From an uncultured Anaerolineae bacterium (lineage in GTDB: Bacteria; Chloroflexota; Anaerolineae; JAFGEY01), in the NCBI GenBank assembly GCA_964481205.1, contig CAYZYE010000002.1:3532-67531 (forward strand): 64,000 bases of DNA, given 5' to 3'. The notes below the pieces were generated by a model. It was not told where the DNA came from and did not search any database. It was given only the letters and a program-made list of their open reading frames with translations. Within the stretch, counting starts at the first letter, position 1, and every line of letters starts with the position of its first letter. This document shows positions 55,786 to 64,000 of the stretch, piece after piece. Position numbers and translations under genes: made by a program.

Positions 55786-56190
55786 CTACATCCGTCGTTT
55801 CTTGGGCGGGCGACAACCATTATGCGGAATCGGCGTCACATCCGTGATCGTCCGCACCCGCAGCCCCGACGCCTGCAATGCCCGGATGGCCGACTCGCGT
55901 CCTGGGCCAGGCCCTTTGACAAAGACCTGAACCTCGCGCATCCCATTGTCCATCGCCTTTTTGGCGGCGTCTTCGGCAGCCATACGCGCCGCATAAGGCG
56001 TGCTCTTTTTCGAGCCGCTGTACCCGACGGTGCCGCCGCTTGCCCAAATAACGGTATTACCCTGCAAATCGGTCATGGTGATAATCGTGTTGTTAAACGT
56101 CGCATGAATATGCGCCTGCCCAGAAGGCACATTCTTGCGGACACGTCGAGCGCCTGATGACCTGCGGGACCTCTCTCTAGCTCGCGCCAT
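55786..56190 (-). CDS. rpsK: 30S ribosomal protein S11
   Basis: MARARERS...[25 protein letters not shown]. Confidence 0.95.
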   Translation of the reverse strand: MARARERSRRSSGARRVRKNVPSGQAHIHATFNNTIITMTDLQGNTVIWASGGTVGYSGSKKSTPYAARMAAEDAAKKAMDNGMREVQVFVKGPGPGRESAIRALQASGLRVRTITDVTPIPHNGCRPPKKRRM

Positions 56191-56227
56191 ACTTTCCTCC
56201 TCTGGAAAACAATCGTCAAAAATCGCG

Positions 56228-56617
56228 CTATTTCTTTTTTGCGCCGCGACGGCGGCCGCGCCCGGCCACAGTCTTTTTTGGGCCTTTGCGCGTGCGCGCA
56301 TTGGTCTTGGTTCGCTGACCATGTACAGGCAGCCCGCGCCGGTGCCGCAAACCACGATAGCAGCCGATCTCCATCAGCCGCTTGATATTCATACTCACTT
56401 CGCGGCGCAAATCGCCCTCAACTCGATAATTGCGCGCAATCACTTCGCGCAACCGGGCGATCTCGTCTTCGGCCAGGTCCCGCACACGAGTATCCGGGCT
56501 TACGCCAGACTGTGACAATATCTCGTTGCTTACAGAACGGCCAATGCCATAAATATAGGTCAGTCCGATCTCGACTCGCTTGTTACGTGGCAGGTCTACG
56601 CCAGCAATACGCGCCAT
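56228..56617 (-). CDS. rpsM: 30S ribosomal protein S13
   Basis: [35 protein letters not shown]. Confidence 0.95.
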   Translation of the reverse strand: MARIAGVDLPRNKRVEIGLTYIYGIGRSVSNEILSQSGVSPDTRVRDLAEDEIARLREVIARNYRVEGDLRREVSMNIKRLMEIGCYRGLRHRRGLPVHGQRTKTNARTRKGPKKTVAGRGRRRGAKKK

Positions 56618-56628
56618 ACTCTTCCTCC

Positions 56629-56742
56629 TTAGCCCTGTCGCTGCTTGTGACGAGGATTTTGACAAATCACCCGCAAAACCCCACGCCGTTTTATGATTTT
56701 ACACTTGGGACAACGACGTTTTACCGAAGATGAAACTTTCAT
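56629..56742 (-). CDS. rpmJ: 50S ribosomal protein L36
   Basis: Found by hand translation (the ORF is too short for the track): [47 protein letters not shown]. Confidence 0.85.
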   Translation of the reverse strand: MKVSSSVKRRCPKCKIIKRRGVLRVICQNPRHKQRQG

Positions 56743-56754
56743 CACCAAACCTCC

Positions 56755-57534
56755 TCAATTTCCATTCAAACACGTTAAAATCTCGGGCGCGCCCTCGGTA
56801 ATGGCGATCGTGTGTTCAAAATGAGCCGACAATTTGCCGTCGGCCGTCTCGACCGTCCACCCATCGCTCAAAACCTGCGTTTTCCAGGTGCCCATATTGA
56901 CCATCGGCTCCAAAGCCAGCGTCATCCCCGGCCTGAGCAAATAATCGCGCATCTTGGGCGCGTAATAATTTGGCACCTGCGGGTCTTCGTGCATCGCCCT
57001 GCCGATCCCGTGCCCGGTGTACTCGCGCACCACCTGGTAGCCCTGCGACCGCGCATAGGTCTCGACGGCGCGAGAAATATCGCCGGTCCGGTTGCCCGGC
57101 CAGGCCTGCGCAATGCACAATTCGAGCGCCCTTTTGGTCACATCCAACAACCGCTGTGCCTGCTCGCTGATGCGCCCCACCGGCAAAGTGATCGCCCCAT
57201 CGCCCTGATAGCCTTTGTAAATCGTCCCCACATCAATGCTAATGATGTCGCCCTCTTGCAAAACACAATCCGGGCGGGGAATCCCATGCACAATTTCCTG
57301 ATTGATCGAAGCGCATATCGAGGCGGGAAAATCGTTCACCCCGCTATACGGATACCCCAAAAACGACGGCGTCGCGTTATGCTGGCGGATGATCCGGTCT
57401 GCAATATCGTTGAGCTGCTGGGTCGTCACCCCAGGAGCCACCGTATCGGCCATCGCCTCCCAGACAACGGCCACAATGCGGTTGGCCTCGCGCATCAAAT
57501 CCAATTCGCGCTTTTTTTTGATAATGATCGCCAT
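56755..57534 (-). CDS. map: Methionine aminopeptidase type I
   Basis: Full-length MetAP with metal-binding His/Asp/Glu blocks. Confidence 0.9.
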   Translation of the reverse strand: MAIIIKKKRELDLMREANRIVAVVWEAMADTVAPGVTTQQLNDIADRIIRQHNATPSFLGYPYSGVNDFPASICASINQEIVHGIPRPDCVLQEGDIISIDVGTIYKGYQGDGAITLPVGRISEQAQRLLDVTKRALELCIAQAWPGNRTGDISRAVETYARSQGYQVVREYTGHGIGRAMHEDPQVPNYYAPKMRDYLLRPGMTLALEPMVNMGTWKTQVLSDGWTVETADGKLSAHFEHTIAITEGAPEILTCLNGN

Positions 57535-57535
57535 A

Positions 57536-58201
57536 TTACGCCCGCGCCCGAATCACCTCGATCAAGGCCGCGTAAACGTCCTCGACATCGTTTTCACCGT
57601 CTACCTGGGCCAACACCCCCAGCGATCGATAATATTCGATCAATGGCCGCGTTTGCCTGATATAGACATCAATACGGTTCTTTTGCGTTTCCGGCGTATC
57701 ATCGGGACGTTGGTACAACTCGCCGCCGCACACATCGCACACCCCCGCCGCCTTGGGCGGGCTATAAAGCTCGTGATAAACCGCCTTGCACTGCCGGCAC
57801 GTCCATCGACCGGCCAAACGCTTCAACAACACATCCTCGGCAACGTGAATATACGGCGCCAACGATATCTTGGCGCCCTGCTCGGCCAGCGCCTGGTCCA
57901 GAGCTTGCGCCTGCGCCAGTGTACGCGGAAACCCGTCCAAAATCACTCCCTGGGCGCAATCGGGATGGGCCAAACGCGCCATCACCATCCGAATCGTCAC
58001 CTCATCGGGCACCAACTCGCCCTGGTCCATAAAAGACCGGGCCAACAAACCCAACTCGGTCTTTTTACCCAGGTTTTCGCGAAACAAGTCCCCGCTCGAA
58101 ACGTGTACCAAACCCAGCTGCTCGACCAGCAACGCAGCCTGCGTGCCCTTGCCCGCGCCCGGCGCACCCAACAAGACCAGGTACATTGGTTTCTGAGACA
58201 T
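57536..58201 (-). CDS. adk: Adenylate kinase with a zinc-binding lid (CxxC...CxxC)
   Basis: GAPGAGKGTQ P-loop. Lid with CRQC...CDVCG. Confidence 0.95.
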   Translation of the reverse strand: MSQKPMYLVLLGAPGAGKGTQAALLVEQLGLVHVSSGDLFRENLGKKTELGLLARSFMDQGELVPDEVTIRMVMARLAHPDCAQGVILDGFPRTLAQAQALDQALAEQGAKISLAPYIHVAEDVLLKRLAGRWTCRQCKAVYHELYSPPKAAGVCDVCGGELYQRPDDTPETQKNRIDVYIRQTRPLIEYYRSLGVLAQVDGENDVEDVYAALIEVIRARA

Positions 58202-58212
58202 ACGGCGCTCCC

Positions 58213-59544
58213 CTACTTGATAAACCCTTCATAGTGACGCATCAACAACTGCGCCTCCAACTGCTTCATCGTATCCAGCACCACGCCCACGGCGATCAGC
58301 AAACCAGAACTGGAAATAAGCATCGAAGACGAATAGCGCACCCCAGAAATGTTGAACAACCCAAGCACCGAATTTACCAGCCATGGCGTGACCGCCACCG
58401 CGCCCAAAAACAACGCGCCAACAAAGGTAATTCGCTGCAAAACACCGTTGAGATAGTCCAATGTGCGCCGACCCGGACGGATGCCGGGAATAAAACCACC
58501 CTGTTTTTGCAGCGTCTCGGACATATTTTGCTGTTCAAAGATCATCTGGGTGTAAAAATAGGTAAACAAGACCACCATCACAAAATAAGACAACCAATAC
58601 CACGGACTGTTCCCGCCAAAAATACTGTATATGGTATTAGCCGTCTGGCTGATCCACGCCGTCTCTGAATTGACAAAATAAGACGAGATCACACCGGGAA
58701 ACATTAGCAACGACTGGGCAAAAATGAGCGGAATCATCCCCGCCGAGTTGACGCGCAACGGGATGAATGTACTCTGCCCGCCGGCAATGCGCAAACGATT
58801 GCCACGCATCCCCAAGACGCGCTTGCCATATTGAACCGGAATGCGTCGCTGCCCTTCTTGCACATAGACAATCACCACAATCGTCAAAATGGTCACAGCG
58901 ACAAACGTAACCAGTTCGATCCACTGCTCGCTGGCGATCAATGAGGCCAGGCGATTTGGCGTCCTGGACACAATCCCGCCAAAAATAATGATCGACAACC
59001 CGTTGCCAATACCATCGTTGGTGATCAATTCGCCCAGCCAGATCGCAAACATTGTTCCCGCCGTCAGCGTGCATAACGTCGAAATCGTCGGCAGCAACGC
59101 CTCCGGCGTAAAACCAAAGTTTTCAGGAGCAATGACCTGGTATTGCGCCTGCAAGATGCGCACCTGAGCATACGCTTGCAACATGGTCAATGGAACGGCC
59201 AACAAGTACTGGTAACGCTCCAACTTTTCACGACCATTGCGCTCTTGCTGCATCTTTTCCAAAGCCGGGATGATTGGTATGAGCAGCTGAAAGATAATAT
59301 TGGCCGTAATATACGGCGAGACGCCCAACATCATCACCGAAAAGTTGGTCATTGCCCCGCCAGAAAACATGTCCAGCAAATTGATCAGCTGGTTTTCCTG
59401 AGCGATCTTTTGCAGCACGCTCCGGTCGATATTTGGCAGCGGCACATGCGCGCCCAGGCGGTAAATCACCAAAATCAAAAAGGTGATCAATAACTTGCGC
59501 CGCAAATCGGGCAACTTGAAGGCGTTTATCACACCTCGTAACAT
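58213..59544 (-). CDS. secY: Preprotein translocase subunit SecY
   Basis: 10 TM helices. Canonical SecY sequence. Confidence 0.95.
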   Translation of the reverse strand: MLRGVINAFKLPDLRRKLLITFLILVIYRLGAHVPLPNIDRSVLQKIAQENQLINLLDMFSGGAMTNFSVMMLGVSPYITANIIFQLLIPIIPALEKMQQERNGREKLERYQYLLAVPLTMLQAYAQVRILQAQYQVIAPENFGFTPEALLPTISTLCTLTAGTMFAIWLGELITNDGIGNGLSIIIFGGIVSRTPNRLASLIASEQWIELVTFVAVTILTIVVIVYVQEGQRRIPVQYGKRVLGMRGNRLRIAGGQSTFIPLRVNSAGMIPLIFAQSLLMFPGVISSYFVNSETAWISQTANTIYSIFGGNSPWYWLSYFVMVVLFTYFYTQMIFEQQNMSETLQKQGGFIPGIRPGRRTLDYLNGVLQRITFVGALFLGAVAVTPWLVNSVLGLFNISGVRYSSSMLISSSGLLIAVGVVLDTMKQLEAQLLMRHYEGFIK

Positions 59545-59594
59545 GGTTCTCTCCTCGAAAAATCACACCCTTGACCAACGCCGGCTTGCGAATC

Positions 59595-60050
59595 TCAGCC
59601 TTGCGCGTCTATCGCCAAGACCTCCACCGCGCCGCCGGCCGCCTCGATCTTGGCCCTGGCCGACGCAGAAAAACGATGAGCCTTGACCGTCAAAGCGCGA
59701 TCCAATTCGCCATCGCCCAAAATGACGATTGGCGCGGTGGCTTTTTTGATCACACCCACCCCGGCCAGCGTCTCGGGCGTCACCTCGCCCTCAAAACCGG
59801 TCAGACTGGACAGGTTGACCGCAACATAATTCACACGGCTGCGGTTGCGAAACCCCCGCTTGTAAGGCAAGCGGCGCACCAGGGGCAGCTGCCCACCCTC
59901 AAAATAGGGGCCTTTGCCGCCGCCAGAGCGAGCATTTTGCCCTTTTGTGCCCCGACCGGCGGTCTTGCCTTTTCCGGCGGCAATGCCTCGGCCTTTGCGG
60001 GTACGTCGTTTCTTTGCCCCACGAGCGGGCCGCAAATCATGTAACTTCAT
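59595..60050 (-). CDS. rplO: 50S ribosomal protein L15
   Basis: [22 protein letters not shown]... Confidence 0.9.
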   Translation of the reverse strand: MKLHDLRPARGAKKRRTRKGRGIAAGKGKTAGRGTKGQNARSGGGKGPYFEGGQLPLVRRLPYKRGFRNRSRVNYVAVNLSSLTGFEGEVTPETLAGVGVIKKATAPIVILGDGELDRALTVKAHRFSASARAKIEAAGGAVEVLAIDAQG

Positions 60051-60107
60051 CCTCTATATCCCTCCAACACGATCCTTCGCAACATCGTGCCTGTTGACCT
60101 GCAAATC

Positions 60108-60296
60108 CTACTCGACAGTTTCTACCTGAACCAGGTGGCTGACGGCGCGAATCATCCCCTGCATCACCGGGGTGCTCTCGACCTGAACCACATCTCCCAG
60201 CCGCTTAAGCCCCAACGCACGCAACGTGCCCTTTTGCCGCCGGGGATAGCCAATCTGGCTCTTGACATACTTGACGCGCAACTTTATGCTACTCAT
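60108..60296 (-). CDS. rpmD: 50S ribosomal protein L30
   Basis: MSSIKLRVKYVKSQIGYPRRQKGTLRALGL. The start was chosen at the internal Met of the track ORF. Confidence 0.85.
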   Translation of the reverse strand: MSSIKLRVKYVKSQIGYPRRQKGTLRALGLKRLGDVVQVESTPVMQGMIRAVSHLVQVETVE

Positions 60297-60813
60297 TTTT
60301 CTGACTCCAAAGCGGGCTGGTCTCAGAAACAGCAACCCCACGCATACGGGCCACATCCTCCGGGCTTCGCAGCGCGCGCAGCCCCTTTAACGTCGCCATC
60401 ACCACATTGAGCACATTCGAGCTGCCCAAAGACTTGGACAAAACGTCCTTGACCCCGGCCGCCTCGACAATCGCGCGCACCCCGCCGCCGGCGATAACGC
60501 CCGTTCCGCGAGAGGCCGGCCGCAACAAAACCTTGGCCCCGGCGTGCTCGGTAATGATCTCGTGCGGGATCGTCGAGCCGGCCAAAGACACCAACTTCAT
60601 ATCCTGACGAGCATGCTCCGACGCTTTGCGAATCGCATCGGGCACGGTTCGCGCCTTGCCCATGCCCACGCCCACCCGGCCGTTATTGTCACCGACAACC
60701 ATGACCACGCGAAAACCAAAACGACGACCACCCTTGATCACCTTGGCGACGCGAACAATATCCACCACTCGTTCGTCTAATTCTTCAACTTGCTCAAATC
60801 TCCGTCTTGCCAT
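60289..60813 (-). CDS. rpsE: 30S ribosomal protein S5
   Basis: MARRRFEQVEELDERVVDIVRVAKVIKGGRRF. AGGAGG RBS. Confidence 0.9.
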   Translation of the reverse strand: MARRRFEQVEELDERVVDIVRVAKVIKGGRRFGFRVVMVVGDNNGRVGVGMGKARTVPDAIRKASEHARQDMKLVSLAGSTIPHEIITEHAGAKVLLRPASRGTGVIAGGGVRAIVEAAGVKDVLSKSLGSSNVLNVVMATLKGLRALRSPEDVARMRGVAVSETSPLWSQKNE

Positions 60814-60876
60814 CGTTCCTCCTGATTGCTCGATCCCGGTGCGAGCAGCAATATCACCCTCAGAACGCGCCCGCAA

Positions 60877-61239
60877 TTAGAATTGCAAGCCATTCTCACG
60901 AGAAGCATCGGCCAGTGCCTTGACCCGACCGTGATACTTGTATCCACCCCGGTCGAAAACAACCGTTGTCACCCCATTCGACAATGCCTTTTCAGCCAGA
61001 CGCTTGCCCACCAACTTGGCCTGTTCAGTCTTGCTCAATTCCGAAACCTGATCGCGAATATCCGAATCCAGCGTAGATGCCGCAATCAACGTCCTACCAG
61101 AAATATCATCAATTATCTGCGCGTAAATATGTTTCAAACTGCGAAAAACACTCAGACGCGGCACATCAGGGGTCCCAGAAATTTTCTTTCTTACCCGCAC
61201 ATGACGCCGATTGCGTGCAGCCCTACGTGTTTCTTTCAT
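60877..61239 (-). CDS. rplR: 50S ribosomal protein L18
   Basis: [22 protein letters not shown]... Confidence 0.9.
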   Translation of the reverse strand: MKETRRAARNRRHVRVRKKISGTPDVPRLSVFRSLKHIYAQIIDDISGRTLIAASTLDSDIRDQVSELSKTEQAKLVGKRLAEKALSNGVTTVVFDRGGYKYHGRVKALADASRENGLQF

Positions 61240-61434
61240 CTAGTTCCTCCTAACCCGGACAGAGCCGGAGCCACACAGGATGCTTGCCTGACCAAACACT
61301 TGCCCAACAACCAAGCCTCCCCAACCCGGACAAATCAGAACCCCCGTCGATCGCGCGCCTGCCGGAACAGCGCCCCGCAGCGATGAGAAATGGGCGCGAT
61401 CTCGAGCAAGAGTTGCTGCTTGCCCCGCATTTAT

Positions 61435-61980
61435 TTAACCGATCTTGCCAGCCTTACCGGCTTTACGGCGCACGTACTCGCCCCGATAACGTACCCCTTT
61501 GCCCTTGTACGGCTCTGGGGGACGCCAGGCGCGAATGTCGGCCGCAACCTGCCCCACCACCTCTTTGTCAATACCCGAAACGGTGATCGTCGTACCACGG
61601 TTCTCGATCGTAAAGCTGACATCCGGCGGCGGAACAACTTCGACCGCGTGCGAGTGTCCCAAAAACAGCACCAGGTTGTTCTGTCGCATCACCGCGCGAT
61701 ACCCGACACCGACAATTTCCAACACTTTGCTAAAACCATCACTGACGCCAACGACCATATTATTGATTAAAGCCCGTGTTAACCCGTGCAACGCCCTGTG
61801 CTGCCGCTGATCTGAGGGGCGGTCAACCACAATCTGACCATCTCGGAGCAAAATGCGCATCTCGGGATGAAACGACTTTTCAAGCGCGCCCTTTGCCCCC
61901 GTCACCTTGACGGTACTGCCCTTAATCTCAACTTTGACCCCAGACGGCACCGGAATGGGCATCTTGCCAATTCGTGACAC
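61435..61980 (-). CDS. rplF: 50S ribosomal protein L6
   Basis: MSRIGKMPIPVPSGVKVEIKG... GTG start. Confidence 0.9.
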   Translation of the reverse strand: MSRIGKMPIPVPSGVKVEIKGSTVKVTGAKGALEKSFHPEMRILLRDGQIVVDRPSDQRQHRALHGLTRALINNMVVGVSDGFSKVLEIVGVGYRAVMRQNNLVLFLGHSHAVEVVPPPDVSFTIENRGTTITVSGIDKEVVGQVAADIRAWRPPEPYKGKGVRYRGEYVRRKAGKAGKIG

Positions 61981-62147
61981 CGCAAATACCTCCTAACCTG
62001 GAAAACCCAGACCCAATAAGGACAGGCGTCATGACCGAAATCCTGCCACAAAAACAAGCATTTCGCGGCTTTGACGCCAACCCGGACAGGGCCGGACCAA
62101 AATATGTGCCCTGAAGGCACTCACCGACTGATCACGCCCAGATCGTG

Positions 62148-62552
62148 CTACCAAACGTAGCACATCACCTCGCCGCCCACACCGGCCTTGCGCGCCTGAC
62201 GGTCGGTCACAAGCCCTCTGGACGTAGACAAGATCGCAATCCCCAAACCACTCAACACCCAGGGGATTTCTTTTTTGCCTGCATACACCCGGCATCCCGG
62301 CTTGCTGACGCGCTTGAGGCCAACGATGACCGATTTGCGCGTCTTGCGCTCGCCCACGTACTTGAGCCAAATACGAACCTTGGGCTGTGGACGCTCGGGA
62401 ATCACATCATAATTCTGGATAAAACCTTCGTCTTTGAGGATACGCACAATCGCCAATTTGAGCTTGGAACTCGGCATCACCACCGACGTATGCCCGGCCT
62501 GGATTGCATTTCTGATCCGAGTCAACATATCCGCAATTGGGTCTGTCATCAT
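62148..62552 (-). CDS. rpsH: 30S ribosomal protein S8
   Basis: [16 protein letters not shown]... Confidence 0.9.
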   Translation of the reverse strand: MMTDPIADMLTRIRNAIQAGHTSVVMPSSKLKLAIVRILKDEGFIQNYDVIPERPQPKVRIWLKYVGERKTRKSVIVGLKRVSKPGCRVYAGKKEIPWVLSGLGIAILSTSRGLVTDRQARKAGVGGEVMCYVW

Positions 62553-62582
62553 AATCTTTTTACTCCGCCTTTGTCGCCCAGC

Positions 62583-62765
62583 TTACCAACTGGCCTTCAC
62601 TACACCAGGGATTTGCCCCTTTAACGCCATTTCCCGAAAACAAATTCGGCACAACTTGAAGCGACGCATATACCCTCGCGGGCGTCCACAAATTTGGCAG
62701 CGATTTCTCACGCGCACCTTGTACTTGCGACGTTCCTCTCGATACGGCATACAAGTTTTTGACAC
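62583..62765 (-). CDS. rpsZ: 30S ribosomal protein S14, zinc-binding type Z
   Basis: 61-aa form with [20 protein letters not shown]. Confidence 0.9.
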   Translation of the reverse strand: MSKTCMPYREERRKYKVRVRNRCQICGRPRGYMRRFKLCRICFREMALKGQIPGVVKASW

Positions 62766-62777
62766 ATCACCCTCCTT

Positions 62778-63332
62778 TTATTGTGAACGCTGTGCAAACG
62801 GCATGCCCAACAACGCCAACAAATGACGTCCCTCTTGATCACTCTGAGCAGTGGTCACGATCGTGATCCCCATACCGCGTATCTTGTCGATCTTGTCGTA
62901 ACTGATCTCTGGGAACACCAACTGCTCGCGCAGTCCCACCGCATAATTTCCATGCCCATCAAAGGCATCGGGCGAAATGCCGCGAAAGTCGCGCCGGCGA
63001 GGCAAAGCAACGTTCATCAACCGGTCCAAAAAAGCCCACATCCGGTCCCCGCGCAACGTCACCTTGACGCCAATTTGCCGCCCTTCACGAAGCTTGAACC
63101 CGGCAATAGAAGTACGCGCCTTGGTCACAACCGGCTGCTGCCCGGTAATCGTCCGCACATCTTCCACCGCGGCGTCCAACGCCTTGGCATTCTGCAATGC
63201 CTCACCCACGCCAATATTGATCACAACCTTTTCCAGGCGCGGCACCTGCATGACATTTTCATATTCAAACGCTTTGATCATCTCATCGACCACTTGGGTC
63301 CTGTAACGCTCTTTTAATCTCGGTATAGCCAT
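62778..63332 (-). CDS. rplE: 50S ribosomal protein L5
   Basis: [10 protein letters not shown]...[10 protein letters not shown]. The start was chosen at the internal Met of the track ORF. Confidence 0.9.
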   Translation of the reverse strand: MAIPRLKERYRTQVVDEMIKAFEYENVMQVPRLEKVVINIGVGEALQNAKALDAAVEDVRTITGQQPVVTKARTSIAGFKLREGRQIGVKVTLRGDRMWAFLDRLMNVALPRRRDFRGISPDAFDGHGNYAVGLREQLVFPEISYDKIDKIRGMGITIVTTAQSDQEGRHLLALLGMPFAQRSQ

Positions 63333-63354
63333 CGATCGCTTACTCCCCGCAAAC

Positions 63355-63678
63355 TCAGTCGAACTGGGCTTTGCACTTTTTGCAAACACGCTGTCGTCGA
63401 CCATTTTCACCCCGGACATACCCGACGCGAGTACGTTCCTGGCAACTGGGACAGACCAACATCACGTTCGATATATCGATCGGCGCCTCAAGCTCGATCC
63501 GCCCGCCTTGCGTCTGCTGGCGTCCCGCCGGAATGGGGCGCTGGTGCTTGATCACAATATTCACACCCTCCACCACAATCCTATTCTTTCTCGGATCGAC
63601 CACGCGAACCGTGCCCCGACGATCTCGGTCCTCCCCACGAATCACTTCTACTGTATCTCCTGCTTTAATCCTCACCAT
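63355..63678 (-). CDS. rplX: 50S ribosomal protein L24 with a C-terminal zinc-ribbon extension (CPSC...CKKC)
   Basis: KOW-domain N-terminus ([17 protein letters not shown]) plus a Cys4 tail. Confidence 0.9.
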   Translation of the reverse strand: MVRIKAGDTVEVIRGEDRDRRGTVRVVDPRKNRIVVEGVNIVIKHQRPIPAGRQQTQGGRIELEAPIDISNVMLVCPSCQERTRVGYVRGENGRRQRVCKKCKAQFD

Positions 63679-63724
63679 GTTCCTCCCGAGGCGAATTCTC
63701 TTGCCTCATTCTGCACCCAAGACG

Positions 63725-64000
63725 CTACAGCACTTCTGGAGCCAAAGAGACGATTCGCATAAACCCTTTTTCTCGCAACTCTCGAGCCACCGGGCCAAAA
63801 ATGCGCGTACCCCTTGGGTTTTGGGTCAACGGATCCAAAACGACGGCCGCGTTATCGTCAAAGCGAATGGTCGAACCATCGGGACGTTTGATCTCTCTTT
63901 TGGTGCGAACAATGACCGCACGAATCACCTCGCCCTTTTTCACCGAAGCGGTAGGCGAGGCCTGCTTTACCGAAGCAATGATCACATCGCCAACGGCGCC
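63725..64000 (-). CDS. rplN: 50S ribosomal protein L14, partial; the 5' end lies beyond the window
   Basis: The C-terminal L14 sequence (...[11 protein letters not shown]...[10 protein letters not shown]) is present. The N-terminus is not in the window. Confidence 0.85.
   Translation of the reverse strand, partial: GAVGDVIIASVKQASPTASVKKGEVIRAVIVRTKREIKRPDGSTIRFDDNAAVVLDPLTQNPRGTRIFGPVARELREKGFMRIVSLAPEVL

Noticed and set aside
1-64000. CRISPR arrays, rRNA and tRNA genes
   Set aside because: I saw no regularly spaced direct repeats of CRISPR type and no recognisable rRNA or tRNA sequence. The GACTCGAACC motif near 22015 could not be folded into a cloverleaf.

Overview
Composition and taxon: the window is high-GC (~65%) bacterial chromosomal DNA. 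Its gene content points to Chloroflexota or a related actinobacteria-like lineage, but this is inferred from what is present, not from any search.

What the window contains: dnaA with a candidate oriC upstream, next to rho. Downstream is an fhaA-fhaB-mtnP-rodA-pbpA cell-wall signalling cassette. The right end carries a complete spc/alpha ribosomal-protein operon on the minus strand, from rplN through secY, adk, map, rpmJ, rpsM, rpsK, rpsD, rpoA and rplQ to truA, rplM and rpsI. Between these lies an accessory-looking region.

Notable content:
- A tandem, translationally coupled array of GT39/GT-C-like membrane glycosyltransferase paralogs (0-10 kb, one more at 35.8 kb). All share a C-terminal ~110 aa domain.
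- A twin-FHA / FGE-domain / twin-FHA trio.
- A candidate peptide/protein-tail modification locus (30.2-35.7 kb). It has a radical SAM/SPASM enzyme with an N-terminal PqqD-like RRE domain, placed right after a membrane protein ending in a (Cys-Ala)n tail encoded by a hexanucleotide SSR.
- A peroxiredoxin with an in-frame TGA at the peroxidatic Cys position followed by a SECIS-like hairpin (47.0-47.6 kb), so probably a selenoprotein.
- Two families of small dispersed repeat elements. One is a TIR-flanked MITE with 9-10 bp target-site duplications, present in three copies.

No rRNA, tRNA or CRISPR was recognised.

Coordinate caveat: coordinates follow the supplied ORF track. Starts were re-picked by hand from RBS and homology reasoning and may be off by a codon or two. 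In one place my manual base count differed by 1 nt from the track.
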